Assembly: GCA_964016885.1 (NCBI GenBank)
Contig: OZ024742.1
Location: 30,194,001-30,258,000, forward strand
Length of the DNA stretch: 64,000 nucleotides
DNA from: Eledone cirrhosa
Taxonomy: Eukaryota
Reading direction: 5' to 3'
In this document: piece after piece, positions 15,156-28,600 of the stretch
How the letters are laid out: each line of letters opens with the position of its first letter
Position numbering within the stretch: the stretch's first letter is position 1
The notes under the pieces: model-generated
What the model was told of the DNA's origin: nothing
The model's database searches: none
Seen by the model: only the letters and a program-made list of their open reading frames with translations
Position numbers and translations under genes: made by a program

Positions 15156-15905
15156 CAATAATAATAACGACAACAACAATAATGATATACATATACATAT
15201 ATATATATACACACACACGCACACACATAAGCATATCTACACACACACACACACGATAGCAACTAACAGCGCTGCGATCGAATGTGGCTTTTTAGCCCAG
15301 CCAATGATCTAAAATGTCTTGCACAGAGTCGGCAACCAAAACATTCACTGGGAATAGTCGGCTGTGGTTGGAGTTCGTGTACTTTTGCATGTCGCTTGAG
15401 CCCTCCTGCTGATTTACATTCTCTACCACATGTTTGGCAAGCATGATGAGTAGCATCTCCAACAGCAGCCTGGTAGTCAACCACTGGTCTTACTTTATGA
15501 CTGCGAAGATGACTTTCGAGTCCAGCTTTGCTTAGGCAGAGTCTCGCACAGACGCTGCATGTCAGCACCATAGGAGGACCCTCGCCGTCTGGAAGTGCAA
15601 CAGCAATGCCCTTCCTCACATCCCGCTTTACTTTCTCGTATGCGATTCGAGATGCCTCAAAGGCAACTTTTCCCTCATATACAGTCTTTCTCCATTTATT
15701 ACGATCAGCAGCAATATTTTCCCATGTATCAGCAGAGATGTTAGCGTCTTTCAGAGAGGCTTTCAAGGAATCCTTATACCTCTTTTTTGGTTTATGTGGC
15801 GGTCGTTTTCCTTTAACCAACTCTCCATAAAAGAGTTGTTTTGGTATTCTAGAATCCTTCATCCTGGCAAGGTGACCACTCTAACGGAGTCGTTGCTTAA
15901 TCATA
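14877..15905 (-). mobile_element. 5'-truncated RTE-clade LINE with three C-terminal C2H2 zinc fingers; 3' UTR expanded by microsatellites
   Basis: LR*SGHLARMKDSRIPKQLFYGEL..GKR..KPKKRYKD..W...DR.KWR, then three CxxC..K..GL..H fingers (15263-15862); 3' terminus ATGGCCATACTCGATAACGAGGGGGCAGCCATCA at 14877-14915. Confidence 0.85.
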
Positions 15906-16072
15906 TATATACATATATATACATATATATATACATACATAAATATATATATATAAACATATATATATGTATACACATATATATGTAAATATATATATGT
16001 ATATATATGTGTGTGTGTATATATATATATGTACGTATATACGTATATATATATATATATACATATATATAC

Positions 16073-16140
<68 letters not shown>

Positions 16141-16161
16141 TTATATGTATATATATATATG

Positions 16162-16242
<81 letters not shown>

Positions 16243-16471
16243 GTATATATATGTATATACATATAGAGGATTCCGGAGGCTGAGTGTGTATATATGTGGG
16301 GGTACGCACGTGTGTGTGGTGTTTATACGTTTTGTGGATGTAGGTGGCGTGGTTCGAAAAAATGTTTGTTTAGTGTATGTCCGTGGGTAAGTTCCTAAGG
16401 TAGTTCCGTCGAGGATGTGAAGAGATGCCGGATATATATACGTATATACGTACATACATATATATATATAT

Positions 16472-16634
<163 letters not shown>

Positions 16635-17696
16635 TTTGCTAGTCTGGAGACATTAATGTATGAAGCCATTAACCCTTCATTTGGTGAGAGAGAGAAAACT
16701 GACGTAACTACTATTACTACTACTATTACTACTACTACTACTAGTGTCAACACCTCCACAACAATCACCACCACCACTACTATTGCAAATGGAACTTGTT
16801 TTGGAATTTACAAAAAGAAAATGGAAGCAAGCAACATATTTTCTTTTCTTTGTGAAAGTTGTTAAGTACAAGAGTGTGTATTAACAGACAGTGTTTCCCT
16901 CTACTGTAACATAGACACACTGCATGAACAATGACTGGAGCCATTATCTGAAGAAGGGGAGATAAGTGGAGTTGTTAGAAGAAGAAAAAATACGAAAAAT
17001 ATAATCGACATAAGACATTTCAAAAATAAGAGAAAATATAATTTTTTTACGTTGTAAAACTCATCGATATTTTTTTGGCTGAAGTAAAGAATTGTTAGGA
17101 AAAAAAACAATTAAACATATGTAAAAAAATATGAAACAAAACAAAAGGAAAGAAGCCCTGTTGAAATATTCACAAAAATATAACATCAAAAACTACAATA
17201 AAAATATATCAACAACAAAAGGTACTATTACTCTAACAACGGCAACAACAACAGTAACAACAATAAAAAGACGCTGACAACAACAGCAATAACAAAAATA
17301 TATCAGCAACAAAAGGCACTATTACTCTAACGACAACAACAACAACAACAACAACAATAACAAAAATAACGACAACAGTAATAACAACAATAAACAGACG
17401 ATGACAACAACAGCAACAACAAAAGTAACGACGACAACAAAAAGATAGGGAAAAAAATGTAGGAAAAGAAAATGAGAAGCCAACATAACACTTCAGACAT
17501 TATAATATATCATTAAACATTTTGTATTATGCAAGAATAGCAAAATAATAGCTGAAATTACGGTTTCCACTTAGCACCATATTTATTTTCGCTGTTAATG
17601 CATTTCCGTGAAGGCATGAATGCCCCAGCATCACGTTTGTTGTATCTCCTTCTTAGTAATTTGCAAAACAAAACACGGTATGTTTAACGTTCTTCT

Positions 17697-17698
17697 TC

Positions 17699-17759
<61 letters not shown>

Positions 17760-18140
17760 CCCACTTATTCCTGAGAGGGTCGTGGGTGAAAAGTCCTCAA
17801 ACACTCCCTCCAGCGGGTTCTGTCAGAAGCAACCGTCCCCAATTGATCCGGTTGGTTCCCCAAGCGAGACCAACCGCGTTCATGGATGTTATCCAATCAT
17901 CTTGCTCGGGGTCTCCCCTATGGGTTTTCTACCGGTTGGTTTTGCCCTTAAAGTCTGTCGAGCAATTCTTTCCTGAGATATTCTAACCACATGCCCATAG
18001 TATCAGAGCTGTGATCTCTCAATTCGGAGAAGTAGCGGCTCTACCTGGAGTGACTCTCTCATCTCCGTGCTACGTACTTTATCAAGTAACGTTAGTCCAT
18101 AGACCCTTCGGGGGAATCCCATCCTGGCCGCTTGTATTGA
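17697..18140 (-). mobile_element. Degenerate RTE-type LINE 3' end with an (AAT)n tail
   Basis: Remnant GRPRAR*LDNI...VASDRTRWRECL on the minus strand followed by (AAT)n. Confidence 0.65.
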
Positions 18141-18234
18141 CATTTCTAGAAATGTCAATGCTGATAGTTAAACAATTAAAATGCAAGGATTTGAGTATGT
18201 ATGTATATGTGTGACGTCCAACTTACCCTCCACC

Positions 18235-18640
18235 TAAGTTATTCATCTTCTTTAGTTCCTCTACAGCGACATGGACCATCCACAAACAAGACCTGAACAA
18301 GCTCGAGGTGTTCCAAATGCAATGTCTTCGATAGATTCTTGCTGTCTCTCTACACAACTGAATCTCAGACAACAACATCCAAGAACAATGCCAGCAGCAG
18401 CCGACCATTGAAGACCAAATCTGGCAACGCGACCTACAGTGGTTTGGCCATGTCTGTAGGATGAGCACTGAACGACTACCACACCCGCTTTTGTTATGAC
18501 AGAAACCCATGCACTGGAGAATCCAGCGCACCGAAGACATGGGTAAAACAGATCGACGAGGATCTGAAACCACAGCGCCTCGACCTCAACCATGCTAAGG
18601 TGAGCACCATGGATAGAAAAACATGGAACAATATGGTACG
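18235..18640 (+). mobile_element. Degenerate RTE-type reverse transcriptase C-terminal fragment
   Basis: TWTIHKQDLNKLEVFQMQCLR*IL...LQWFGHVCRMSTERLP, with stops. Confidence 0.8.
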
Positions 18641-19709
18641 CATATGTACACACACACACACATGTATATATATATGTGTGTGTGCGTGTGCGTGTGTGTG
18701 TGCGTGTGTATGTATACGTGTGTATATGTATGTATGTATATAAAGAGAGAGAAATAGACATGCAAACAGACTGAGGGAGAGGGTGTGAAAGAGAGAGTTG
18801 GGAAAGATTAAATATAAATAAGAACATGGAAAAATATTGAACATACACTTATATTTAATATTTAATAAACCCGTATATTTCGGGTTAAAGTACCCCTTTT
18901 CAAAGTGTCAAGAGAGCAGCAGTACATGCGGCTTCATTGCTGTGTATCTTCATACTTGAAAGTAACAGTCACTCTGTGTATCTGTCTAATCAATTATTTA
19001 GATTCAGTACTGAATCCTCTCTTCGGTGAATATAAGTTGCTATTTTTAATCTTCTTCAAAACACTTCATATGTGTGTGTGTGCATATGTATGTATGTATC
19101 TATGTATGTATGTATGTATGTATGTATGTATGTATGTATGTATGTATGTATGTATGTAGATGTAAGTGCGTGTGCATGTGTGTGTATATGTGTATATGTG
19201 GATGTATTTATGTGTGTATGTACATGTGTTTATGAAGGTATATGTGTATGTATGTGTGTGCTAGTGTGTATTTGTGTATGTGTGTATATGTGAATTTATT
19301 TATGTGTATGTATTTATGTATGTGTGTATATGTGTGAATATGTATACGTATGTGTATGTGTGTATTGTGAGTTCGTGTGTTTATATATGCATTTATTTAT
19401 GTGTATGTATGTGTGTATATGTGTGTATAAGTGTGTGTATGTGTTTGCGTGCGTATGTGTATGTGTGTATGTGTGTAAGTATACAGAGGAAAGGTGGATT
19501 AGACATATAAGTGTCTGACTTAATACTTTCCAGCTCGTCTAAATTTGAGACAAATTATCACGAAAACGCTTGATAAAGAATTTATGGTAAATTAAGTTTT
19601 TGAAGCAGCCACAAATTCTACGTGACAAAATATAGAATAGAGTTTAACGGCTTTAAATACAAGATTCGGCAGATAAACCTTCCACATTTTACACAGTCAA
19701 CCTTTAGGA

Positions 19710-20100
19710 GGTATTTTTGCCGCACCTTGTAAGTGACACCCGCTACAACAGCCAACCCGCCTCGATTAGTTCCTTCCTCAGATATGTTGCCGATGATCCG
19801 ATTTTACAGAGGAGCTCAGTAGTACGGTGTCCGAGGACGCCTGAGGTCTGCGAGGTGACCGGTACGAAAAGCAAGCAGCCGAGCAAGCCACAGTATTTTC
19901 TTGTCTTTCTGTCCTCTGTGTTGTGGGTCGCAGTGCCGGGGTTTGTGGCTGAAGCGACTAGGTTGTTGAAGGCGGGGAACTTGTCACGGCATGTGGCGTC
20001 TCAGATGAGGGATTTACCTCCTTCGAATGGGAAAAGACTAATTCTGTCGGTGTGCTTGCCATCTCCGGGGTCGAGGCTTGCTGGCTCCAATTGTGCCATC
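19710..20100 (-). mobile_element. Degenerate restriction-like endonuclease domain of a CRE-like non-LTR retrotransposon
   Basis: LEPASLDPGDGKHTDRISLFPFEGGKSLI*DATCRD...ATNPGTATHNTEDRKTRKY..L...FVPVTSQTSGVLG matches the DGKRPDG..PW..GK.L.WD.TC...K..KY...F.P...ET.G pattern. Confidence 0.75.
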
Positions 20101-20329
20101 AATATTTGTAATGTTATTTATACAACTGTGAATTCAATTATTGTCTGTAATTTTATCTTATAACATTGAATAAAAACGAAATTGTTTTACTTTGTAAAAA
20201 AAAAAGAAAATAGTTTAACAACTTTATGTATCCATTTAAAAACAATTCTACAAAATATATCGATATGTAAATACCTAAACTCGGGATACTAGTGTATTTC
20301 TGGTAGCTGTAGACACGACCAAAAAACAT

Positions 20330-20670
20330 CATGGTCAAATGGTTAAGAAACTCGCTTCACAATGTCATAATGTCACGAGTTCGATCCCACTGCGTGGCAT
20401 CTTCAGCAAGTGTCAGTTACCTTGGCCACGAGTTAACCCATGCCTTGTGAATGAAATTGGTTAAAGTCTGTCGGGCTGTGTCTGTAATTAAAAGGATCAC
20501 TCTTATCACACACAAACGCACACATTGTCTCATGCTGACTCTCTCTGAGAATTACGTTAAGGGTACACGTGTCTATAGACTGTCGGCCACTTACACATTA
20601 ATTTCATGGACAGGCTGTTCCGTTGATCGAACAACTGGAGCACTCATCGTCGAAACCGACGGAGGTCCAT
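20330..20670 (+). mobile_element. tRNA-derived SINE
   Basis: TGGTCAAATGGTTAAG A box, GAGTTCGATCCC B box, body shared with 5740-5970. Confidence 0.7.
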
Positions 20671-20892
20671 CATTGTTATCATTCTGTGTTTCATGTAATT
20701 GCTTTCATTCTCTGCATAAACTGTAGTTGGTTTTATTCCTAATAGATGACATGCTGTAGAGAGGTGGGCGTCTACCTCATATATAATCAAAAATAATTAC
20801 GAAAAATCAATGCAAGTTATTTTTTATATTTCCTCGAGTTTATAATCACTGATGAAAGACGTTGACCTCCAATCTTTAGTGGCTTCTTAAGT

Positions 20893-21215
20893 AGGCGGAG
20901 AATTGGCAATCATTAAAACATCCGAATGATTTGCTTTGCTTTACGGTATTTTTTCCGAATCTCTTCTTTCTGAGTTCAAATCTTGCCGAGGTCAACTTTG
21001 CATTTCATCCATTCGAGGTCGATAAAAAAAGTACCAGTCGAAGACGCGTGTCGATTCTTCTTCCATATCTTTTTCTTATTTCCTTTCTCTCACTCTCTCT
21101 ACGTTTCTAGAAGAAATATGCTATGTTCAGACCTGGAGAAGATTGGACTCTGCTAGGTTTAAAATGATAGAGAAAAGCCGTATGTCAATATAGCATCCCC
21201 TACGAATACTTGAAA
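20893..21215 (+). mobile_element. SINE with an extended 3' tail (shared with 46260-46475)
   Basis: GGCGGAGAATTGGCA head, GAGTTCAAATC box; tail TTCAGACCTGGAGA...AGGTTTAAA...CCCTACGA present at both loci. Confidence 0.65.
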
Positions 21216-21220
21216 GTATA

Positions 21221-21242
<22 letters not shown>

Positions 21243-21251
<9 letters not shown>

Positions 21252-22396
21252 TCTTTGTCGTCGTCTTTTTCTCGCCCACCCGAGGTAGCCCCTCGGTCCC
21301 TTGTAGCTTCAGCACCCCCACCCTCCTCCCCTATTCTATGATAGATTTGGCTGACTCCGCTTTTTATAGCAGAGGTGTTAGACTTCGGATACCTGCCCCC
21401 TTCTCCGACCGCTGTCCCTTTTTTTTGCCGTGCCTTCTATATTTCTTAGTGGCATATTTGCTTTAATTTCTCGTTTATCCAGTATTTCTTTCTTCTTTTT
21501 CTTTTTCCCTTGGGGGGGGGGGGGGGGGTTCTGTATTAATTTTCCGTTCTTTACTTTTACTTCGTACAATCTTTCATGTAGCTTGTATAAGACTTTTTGT
21601 TTCGTGGCGGTACCCTTAGAGTTAGCAATAGTATTTTTTTGCGGGACCCTGAATTATATTCTCGTACTAGTTTACTTTCTTGCACTGGATGGTTGCTGGC
21701 CCTGTGATTGGGGTAGAAACCTTTATTATTTCGTGGTAGTCTCTTTAGTATTTTGCCCCCCCCCCCCCTTTGTTGACCCGTCACCGTACGATACACGCAC
21801 TTATACCTCGTATAAGGGTCCCTTTATTTCCGTCCTACCTAGTTTATTTTTATTATTATTATTTATTTTTTTATTCTTCATTATATATTTTTTTTAAATT
21901 TATTTATCTATTCTTTTATTCACTTATTTGTTTATTTATTTATTTATGTATTTCTTTAGCCTAGCAATAGCGAGAGACTTAAGTCTTAGTAACCAGACTT
22001 TGCTTATTTCTTTTCTCTCTCAGTACCTTTTATAGTTTTACCCTTCATTGTTCTACTTACCGTTTCGACTCCCTCCCCCTCCCCCTCCCCCTCCCCAGTA
22101 TCCTCTTTGACCTCCCGCCCAGCTGTAGCCGGCACTACCAACGCATGAATGGGTCTACTCCACCCCTCTCCCCTTTTTCTCCTACCGGCAGGTTCAGCTA
22201 CCCCTTCCCCCACCAATTTGCCATCACAGATTTACTACTAACTTGTGATGTGACCAATCCGGGTGATTATCTCTTTGACCATATATGGAATTACCCCTTG
22301 ATAAGCTCGGCTATTTAAATACCAGAATAAACTTTCATTCAGTCCAGAATTAGCCGTCGAAACGGCTTGAGCTCAGCCGTCTGGGTCTTACATGTT

Positions 22397-22400
<4 letters not shown>
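21243..22400 (+). mobile_element. About 1.15-kb (TA)n-flanked non-coding element ending in a variant hammerhead
   Basis: (TA)n on both sides; 3' end homologous to the reverse complement of 431-560. Confidence 0.6.
22293..22386 (+). ncRNA. Type I hammerhead, U3-A8 core variant (mismatch at the first stem I pair)
   Basis: ACCCC-TTGATAA-G..CGGCTA...TAGCCG-TC-GAAA-CGGCT TGAGCTC AGCCG-TC-TGGGT. Confidence 0.6.
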
Positions 22401-22469
<69 letters not shown>

Positions 22470-22479
22470 CTGCTCCTCT

Positions 22480-22672
22480 TGGACACAGCCAATTTCTTGC
22501 AGTGAATGATAGAAATATATAAACAAAGAGTCGACACAAATACTTGTTTGGTACTTTTTTTCTCGACCTCGAATGGATGAAAGGCAAGGTTGACCTCAGA
22601 GAGCAGAGACCCGTCACGAATACAACAAATCATTATATTTGACGTTCTAACGACTCTGCCAATTCACCGCCT
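22480..22672 (-). mobile_element. Short SINE abutting the satellite
   Basis: Minus strand AGGCGGTGAATTGGCAGAGTCGTTAGAACGTC...GAGGTCAACCTTGCCTTTCATCC. Confidence 0.65.
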
Positions 22673-25600
22673 CACAATTCTACCATACAGTAATATAGTC
22701 ACTTCACAATTCTACCATACAGTAATACAGTCACTTCACAATTCTACCATACAGTAATATAGTCACTTCACAATTCTACCATACAGTAATACAGTCACTT
22801 CACAATTCTACCATACAGTAATACAGTCTCTTCACAATTCTACCTTACAGTAATATAGTCACTTCACAATTCTACCATACAGTAATATAGTCACTTTACA
22901 ATTCTACCATACAGTAATATAGTCACTTCACAATTCTACCATACAGTAATATAGTCACGTCACAATTCTACCATACAGTAATATAGTCACGTGACAATTC
23001 TACCATACAGTAATATAGTCACTTCACAATTCTACCATACAGTAATACAGTCACTTCACAATTCTACCATACAGTAATACAGTCTCTTCACAATTCTACC
23101 TTACAGTAATATAGTCACTTCACAATTCTACCATACAGTAATACAGTCACTTCACAATTCTACCATACAGTAATACAGTCTCTTCACAATTCTACCTTAC
23201 AGTAATATAGTCACTTCACAATTACACCATACAATAATACAGTCACTTCACAATTCTACCATACAGTAATATAGTCAATTCACAATTCTACCATACAGTA
23301 ATATAGTCACTTCACAATTCTACCATACAGTAATATAGTCACTTCACAATTCTACCATACAGTAATACAGTCTCTTCACAATTCTATCATACACTAATAC
23401 AGTCTCTACACAATTCTACCATACAGTAATATACTCACTTCACAAGTCTACCATACAGTAATATAGTCACGTGACAATTCTACCATACAGTAATATACTC
23501 ACTTCACAAGTCTACCATACAGTAATATAGTCACATCACAATTCTACCATACAGTAATATAGTCACGTGACAATTCTACCATACAGTAATATAGTCACTT
23601 CACAATTCTACCATACAGTAATACAGTCACTTCACAATTCTACCATACAGTAATACAGTCTCTACACAATTCTACCATACAGTAATATAGTCACTTCACA
23701 ATGCTACCATACAGTAATATAGTCACTTCACAATTCTACCATACAGTAATACAGTCTCTTCAATACAGTCACTTTACAATTCTACCATACAGTAATATAC
23801 TCACTTCACAAGTCTACCATACAGTAATACAGTCTCTACACAATTGTACCATACAGTAATATAGTCACTTCACAGTTCTACCATGCAGTAATACAGTCTC
23901 TTCACAATTCTACCATACAGTAATACAGTCACTTTACAATTCTACCATACAGTAATACAGTCTCTACACAATTCTACCATACAGTAATACAGTCTCTACA
24001 CAATTCTACCATACAGTAATATAGTCACTTCACAATTCTACCATACAGTAATATAGTCACTTCACAATTCTACCATACAGTAATACAGTCTCTTCACAAT
24101 TCTACCATACAGTAATATAGTCACTTCACAATTATACCATACAGTAATATAGTCACTTCACAATTACACCATACAATAATACAGTCACTTCACAATTCTA
24201 CCTTACAGTAATATAGTCAGTTCAAAATTCTACCATACAGTAATACAGTCACTTCACAATTCTACCATACAGTAATACAGTCACTTCACAATTCTACCAT
24301 ACAGTAATATAGTCACTTCAAAATTCTACCATACAGTAATATAGTCACTTCACAATTCTACCATACAGTAATACAGTCTCTTCACAATTCTACCATACAG
24401 TATTACAGTCACTTCACAATTCTACCATACAGTAATACAGTCACTTCCCAATTCTACCATACAGTAATATAGTCACTTCACAATTCTACCATACAGTAAT
24501 ATAGTCACTTCACAATTCTACCATACGGTAACACAGTCACTTCACAATTATACCATACAGTAATACAGTCACTTCACAATTCTATCATACAGTAATACAG
24601 TCACTTCACAATTCTACCATACAGTAATATAGTCACTTCACAATTCTACCATACAGTAACACAGTCACTTCACAATTATACCATACAGTAATACAGTCAC
24701 TTCACAATTCTACCATACAGTAATACAGTCACTTCACAATTCTATCATACAGTAATACAGTCACTTCACAATTCTACCATACAGTAATACAGTCGCTACA
24801 CAATTCTATCATACAGTAATACAGTCACTTCACAATTCTACCATACAGTAATACAGTCACTTCACAATTTTACCATACAGTAATACAGTCACTTCACAAT
24901 TCTACCATACAGTAATACAGTCACTTCACAATTCTAGCATACAGTAATACAGTCTCTACACAATTCTACCATACAGTAATACAGTCTCTACACAATTCTA
25001 CCATACAGTAATATAGTCACTTCACAATTCTACCATACAGTAATATAGTCACTTCACAATTCTACCATACAGTAATATAGTCACTTCACAATTCTACCAT
25101 ACAGTAATACAGTCTCTTCACAATTCTACCATACAGTAATATAGTCACTTCACAATTCTACCATACAGTAATACAGTCACTTCACAATTCTACCATACAG
25201 TAATATAGTCACTTCAAAATTCTACCATACAGTAATATAGTCACTTCACAATTCTACCATACAGTAATACAGTCTCTTCACAATTCTACCATACAGTATT
25301 ACAGTCACTTCACAATTCTACCATACAGTAATACAGTCACTTCACAATTCTACCATACAGTAATATAGTCACTTCACAATTCTACCATACAGTAATATAG
25401 TCACTTCACAATTCTACCATACAGTAACACAGTCACTTCACAATTCTACCATACAGTAATACAGTCACTTCACAATTCTACCATACAGTAATACAGTCAC
25501 TTCACAATTCTACCATACAGTAATATAGTCACTTCACAATTCTACCATACAGTAACACAGTCACTTCACAATTATACCATACAGTAATACAGTCACTTCA

Positions 25601-28600
25601 CAATTATACCATACAGTAATACAGTCACTTCACAATTCTATCATACAGTAATACAGTCACTTCACAATTCTACCATACAGTAATACAGTCGCTACACAAT
25701 TCTATCATACAGTAATACAGTCACTTCACAATTCTACCATACAGTAATACAGTCTCTACACAATTCTACCATACAGTAATACAGTCACTTCACAATTCTA
25801 CCATACAGTAATACAGTCACTTCACAATTCTACCATACAGTAATACAGTCACTTCACAATTCTACCATACAGTAATACAGTCACTTCACAATTCTACCAT
25901 ACAGTAATACAGTCACTTCACAATATTACTATACAGTAATACAGTCACTTCACAATTCTACAATACAGTAATACAGTCTCTACACAATTCTACCATACAG
26001 TAATACAGTCTCTTCACAATTCTACCATACAATAAAACAGTCTCTACACAATTCTATCATACAGTAATGCAGTCTCTACACAATTCTATCATACAGTAAT
26101 ATAGTCACTTTACAATTCTACCATACAGCGATATAGTCACTTCACAATTCTACCATACAGTAATACAGTCACTTCACAATTCTACTATACAGTAATACAG
26201 TCACTTCACAATTCTACCATACAGTAATACAGTCTCTACACACAATTCTACCATACAGTAATACAGTCACTTTACAATTCTACCATACAGTAATATAGTC
26301 ACTTCACAATTCTACCATACAGTAATATAGTCACTTCACAATTCTACCATACAGTAATACAGTCTCTACACAATTCTACCATACAGTAATACAGTCACTT
26401 CACAATTCTATCATACAGTAATATAGTCTCTTCACAATTCTACCATACAGTAATACAGTCACTTCACAATTCTACCATGCAGTAATACATTCACTTCACA
26501 ATTCTACCATACAGTAATATAGTCACTTCACAATTCTACCATACAGTAATACAGTCACTTCACAATTCTACCATACAGTAATACAGTCTCTACACAATTC
26601 TACCATACAGTAATAAGTCTCTACACAATTCTACCATACAGTAATATAGTCACTTCACAATTCTACCATACAGTAATATAGTCACTTCACAATTCTACCA
26701 TACAGTAATATAGTCACTTCACAATTCTACCATACAGTAATACAGTCTCTTCACAATTCTACCATACAGTAATATAGTCACTTCACAATTCTACCATACA
26801 GTAATACAGTCACTTCACAATTCTACCATACAGTAATATAGTCACTTCAAAATTCTACCATACAGTAATATAGTCACTTCACAATTCTACCATACAGTAA
26901 TACAGTCTCTTCACAATTCTACCATACAGTATTACAGTCACTTCACAATTCTACCATACAGTAATACAGTCACTTCACAATTCTACCATACAGTAATATA
27001 GTCACTTCACAATTCTACCATACAGTAATATAGTCACTTCACAATTCTACCATACAGTAACACAGTCACTTCACAATTCTACCATACAGTAATACAGTCA
27101 CTTCACAATTCTACCATACAGTAATACAGTCACTTCACAATTCTACCATACAGTAATATAGTCACTTCACAATTCTACCATACAGTAATATAGTCACTTC
27201 ACAATTCTACCATACAGTAATACAGTCTCTTCACAATTCTACCATACAGTAATATAGTCACTTCACAATTCTACCATACAGTAATACAGTCACTTCACAA
27301 TTCTACCATACAGTAATATAGTCACTTCAAAATTCTACCATACAGTAATATAGTCACTTCACAATTCTACCATACAGTAATACAGTCTCTTCACAATTCT
27401 ACCATACAGTATTACAGTCACTTCACAATTCTACCATACAGTAATACAGTCACTTCACAATTCTACCATACAGTAATATAGTCACTTCACAATTCTACCA
27501 TACAGTAATATAGTCACTTCACAATTCTACCATACAGTAACACAGTCACTTCACAATTCTACCATACAGTAATACAGTCACTTCACAATTCTACCATACA
27601 GTAATACAGTCACTTCACAATTCTACCATACAGTAATATAGTCACTTCACAATTCTACCATACAGTAACACAGTCACTTCACAATTATACCATACAGTAA
27701 TACAGTCACTTCACAATTATACCATACAGTAATACAGCCACTTCACAATTCTATCATACAGTAATACAGTCACTTCACAATTCTACCATACAGTAATACA
27801 GTCGCTACACAATTCTATCATACAGTAATACAGTCACTTCACAATTCTACCATACAGTAATACAGTCTCTACACAATTCTACCATACAGTAATACAGTCA
27901 CTTCACAATTCTACCATACAGTAATACAGTCACTTCACAATTCTACCATACAGTAATACAGTCACTTCACAATTCTACCATACAGTAATACAGTCACTTC
28001 ACAATTCTACCATACAGTAATACAGTCACTTCACAATATTACTATACAGTAATACAGTCACTTCACAATTCTACAATACAGTAATACAGTCTCTACACAA
28101 TTCTACCATACAGTAATACAGTCTCTTCACAATTCTACCATACAATAAAACAGTCTCTACACAATTCTATCATACAGTAATGCAGTCTCTACACAATTCT
28201 ATCATACAGTAATATAGTCACTTTACAATTCTACCATACAGCGATATAGTCACTTCACAATTCTACCATACAGTAATACAGTCACTTCACAATTCTACTA
28301 TACAGTAATACAGTCACTTCACAATTCTACCATACAGTAATACAGTCTCTACACACAATTCTACCATACAGTAATACAGTCACTTTACAATTCTACCATA
28401 CAGTAATATAGTCACTTCACAATTCTACCATACAGTAATATAGTCACTTCACAATTCTACCATACAGTAATACAGTCTCTACACAATTCTACCATACAGT
28501 AATACAGTCACTTCACAATTCTATCATACAGTAATATAGTCTCTTCACAATTCTACCATACAGTAATACAGTCACTTCACAATTCTACCATGCAGTAATA

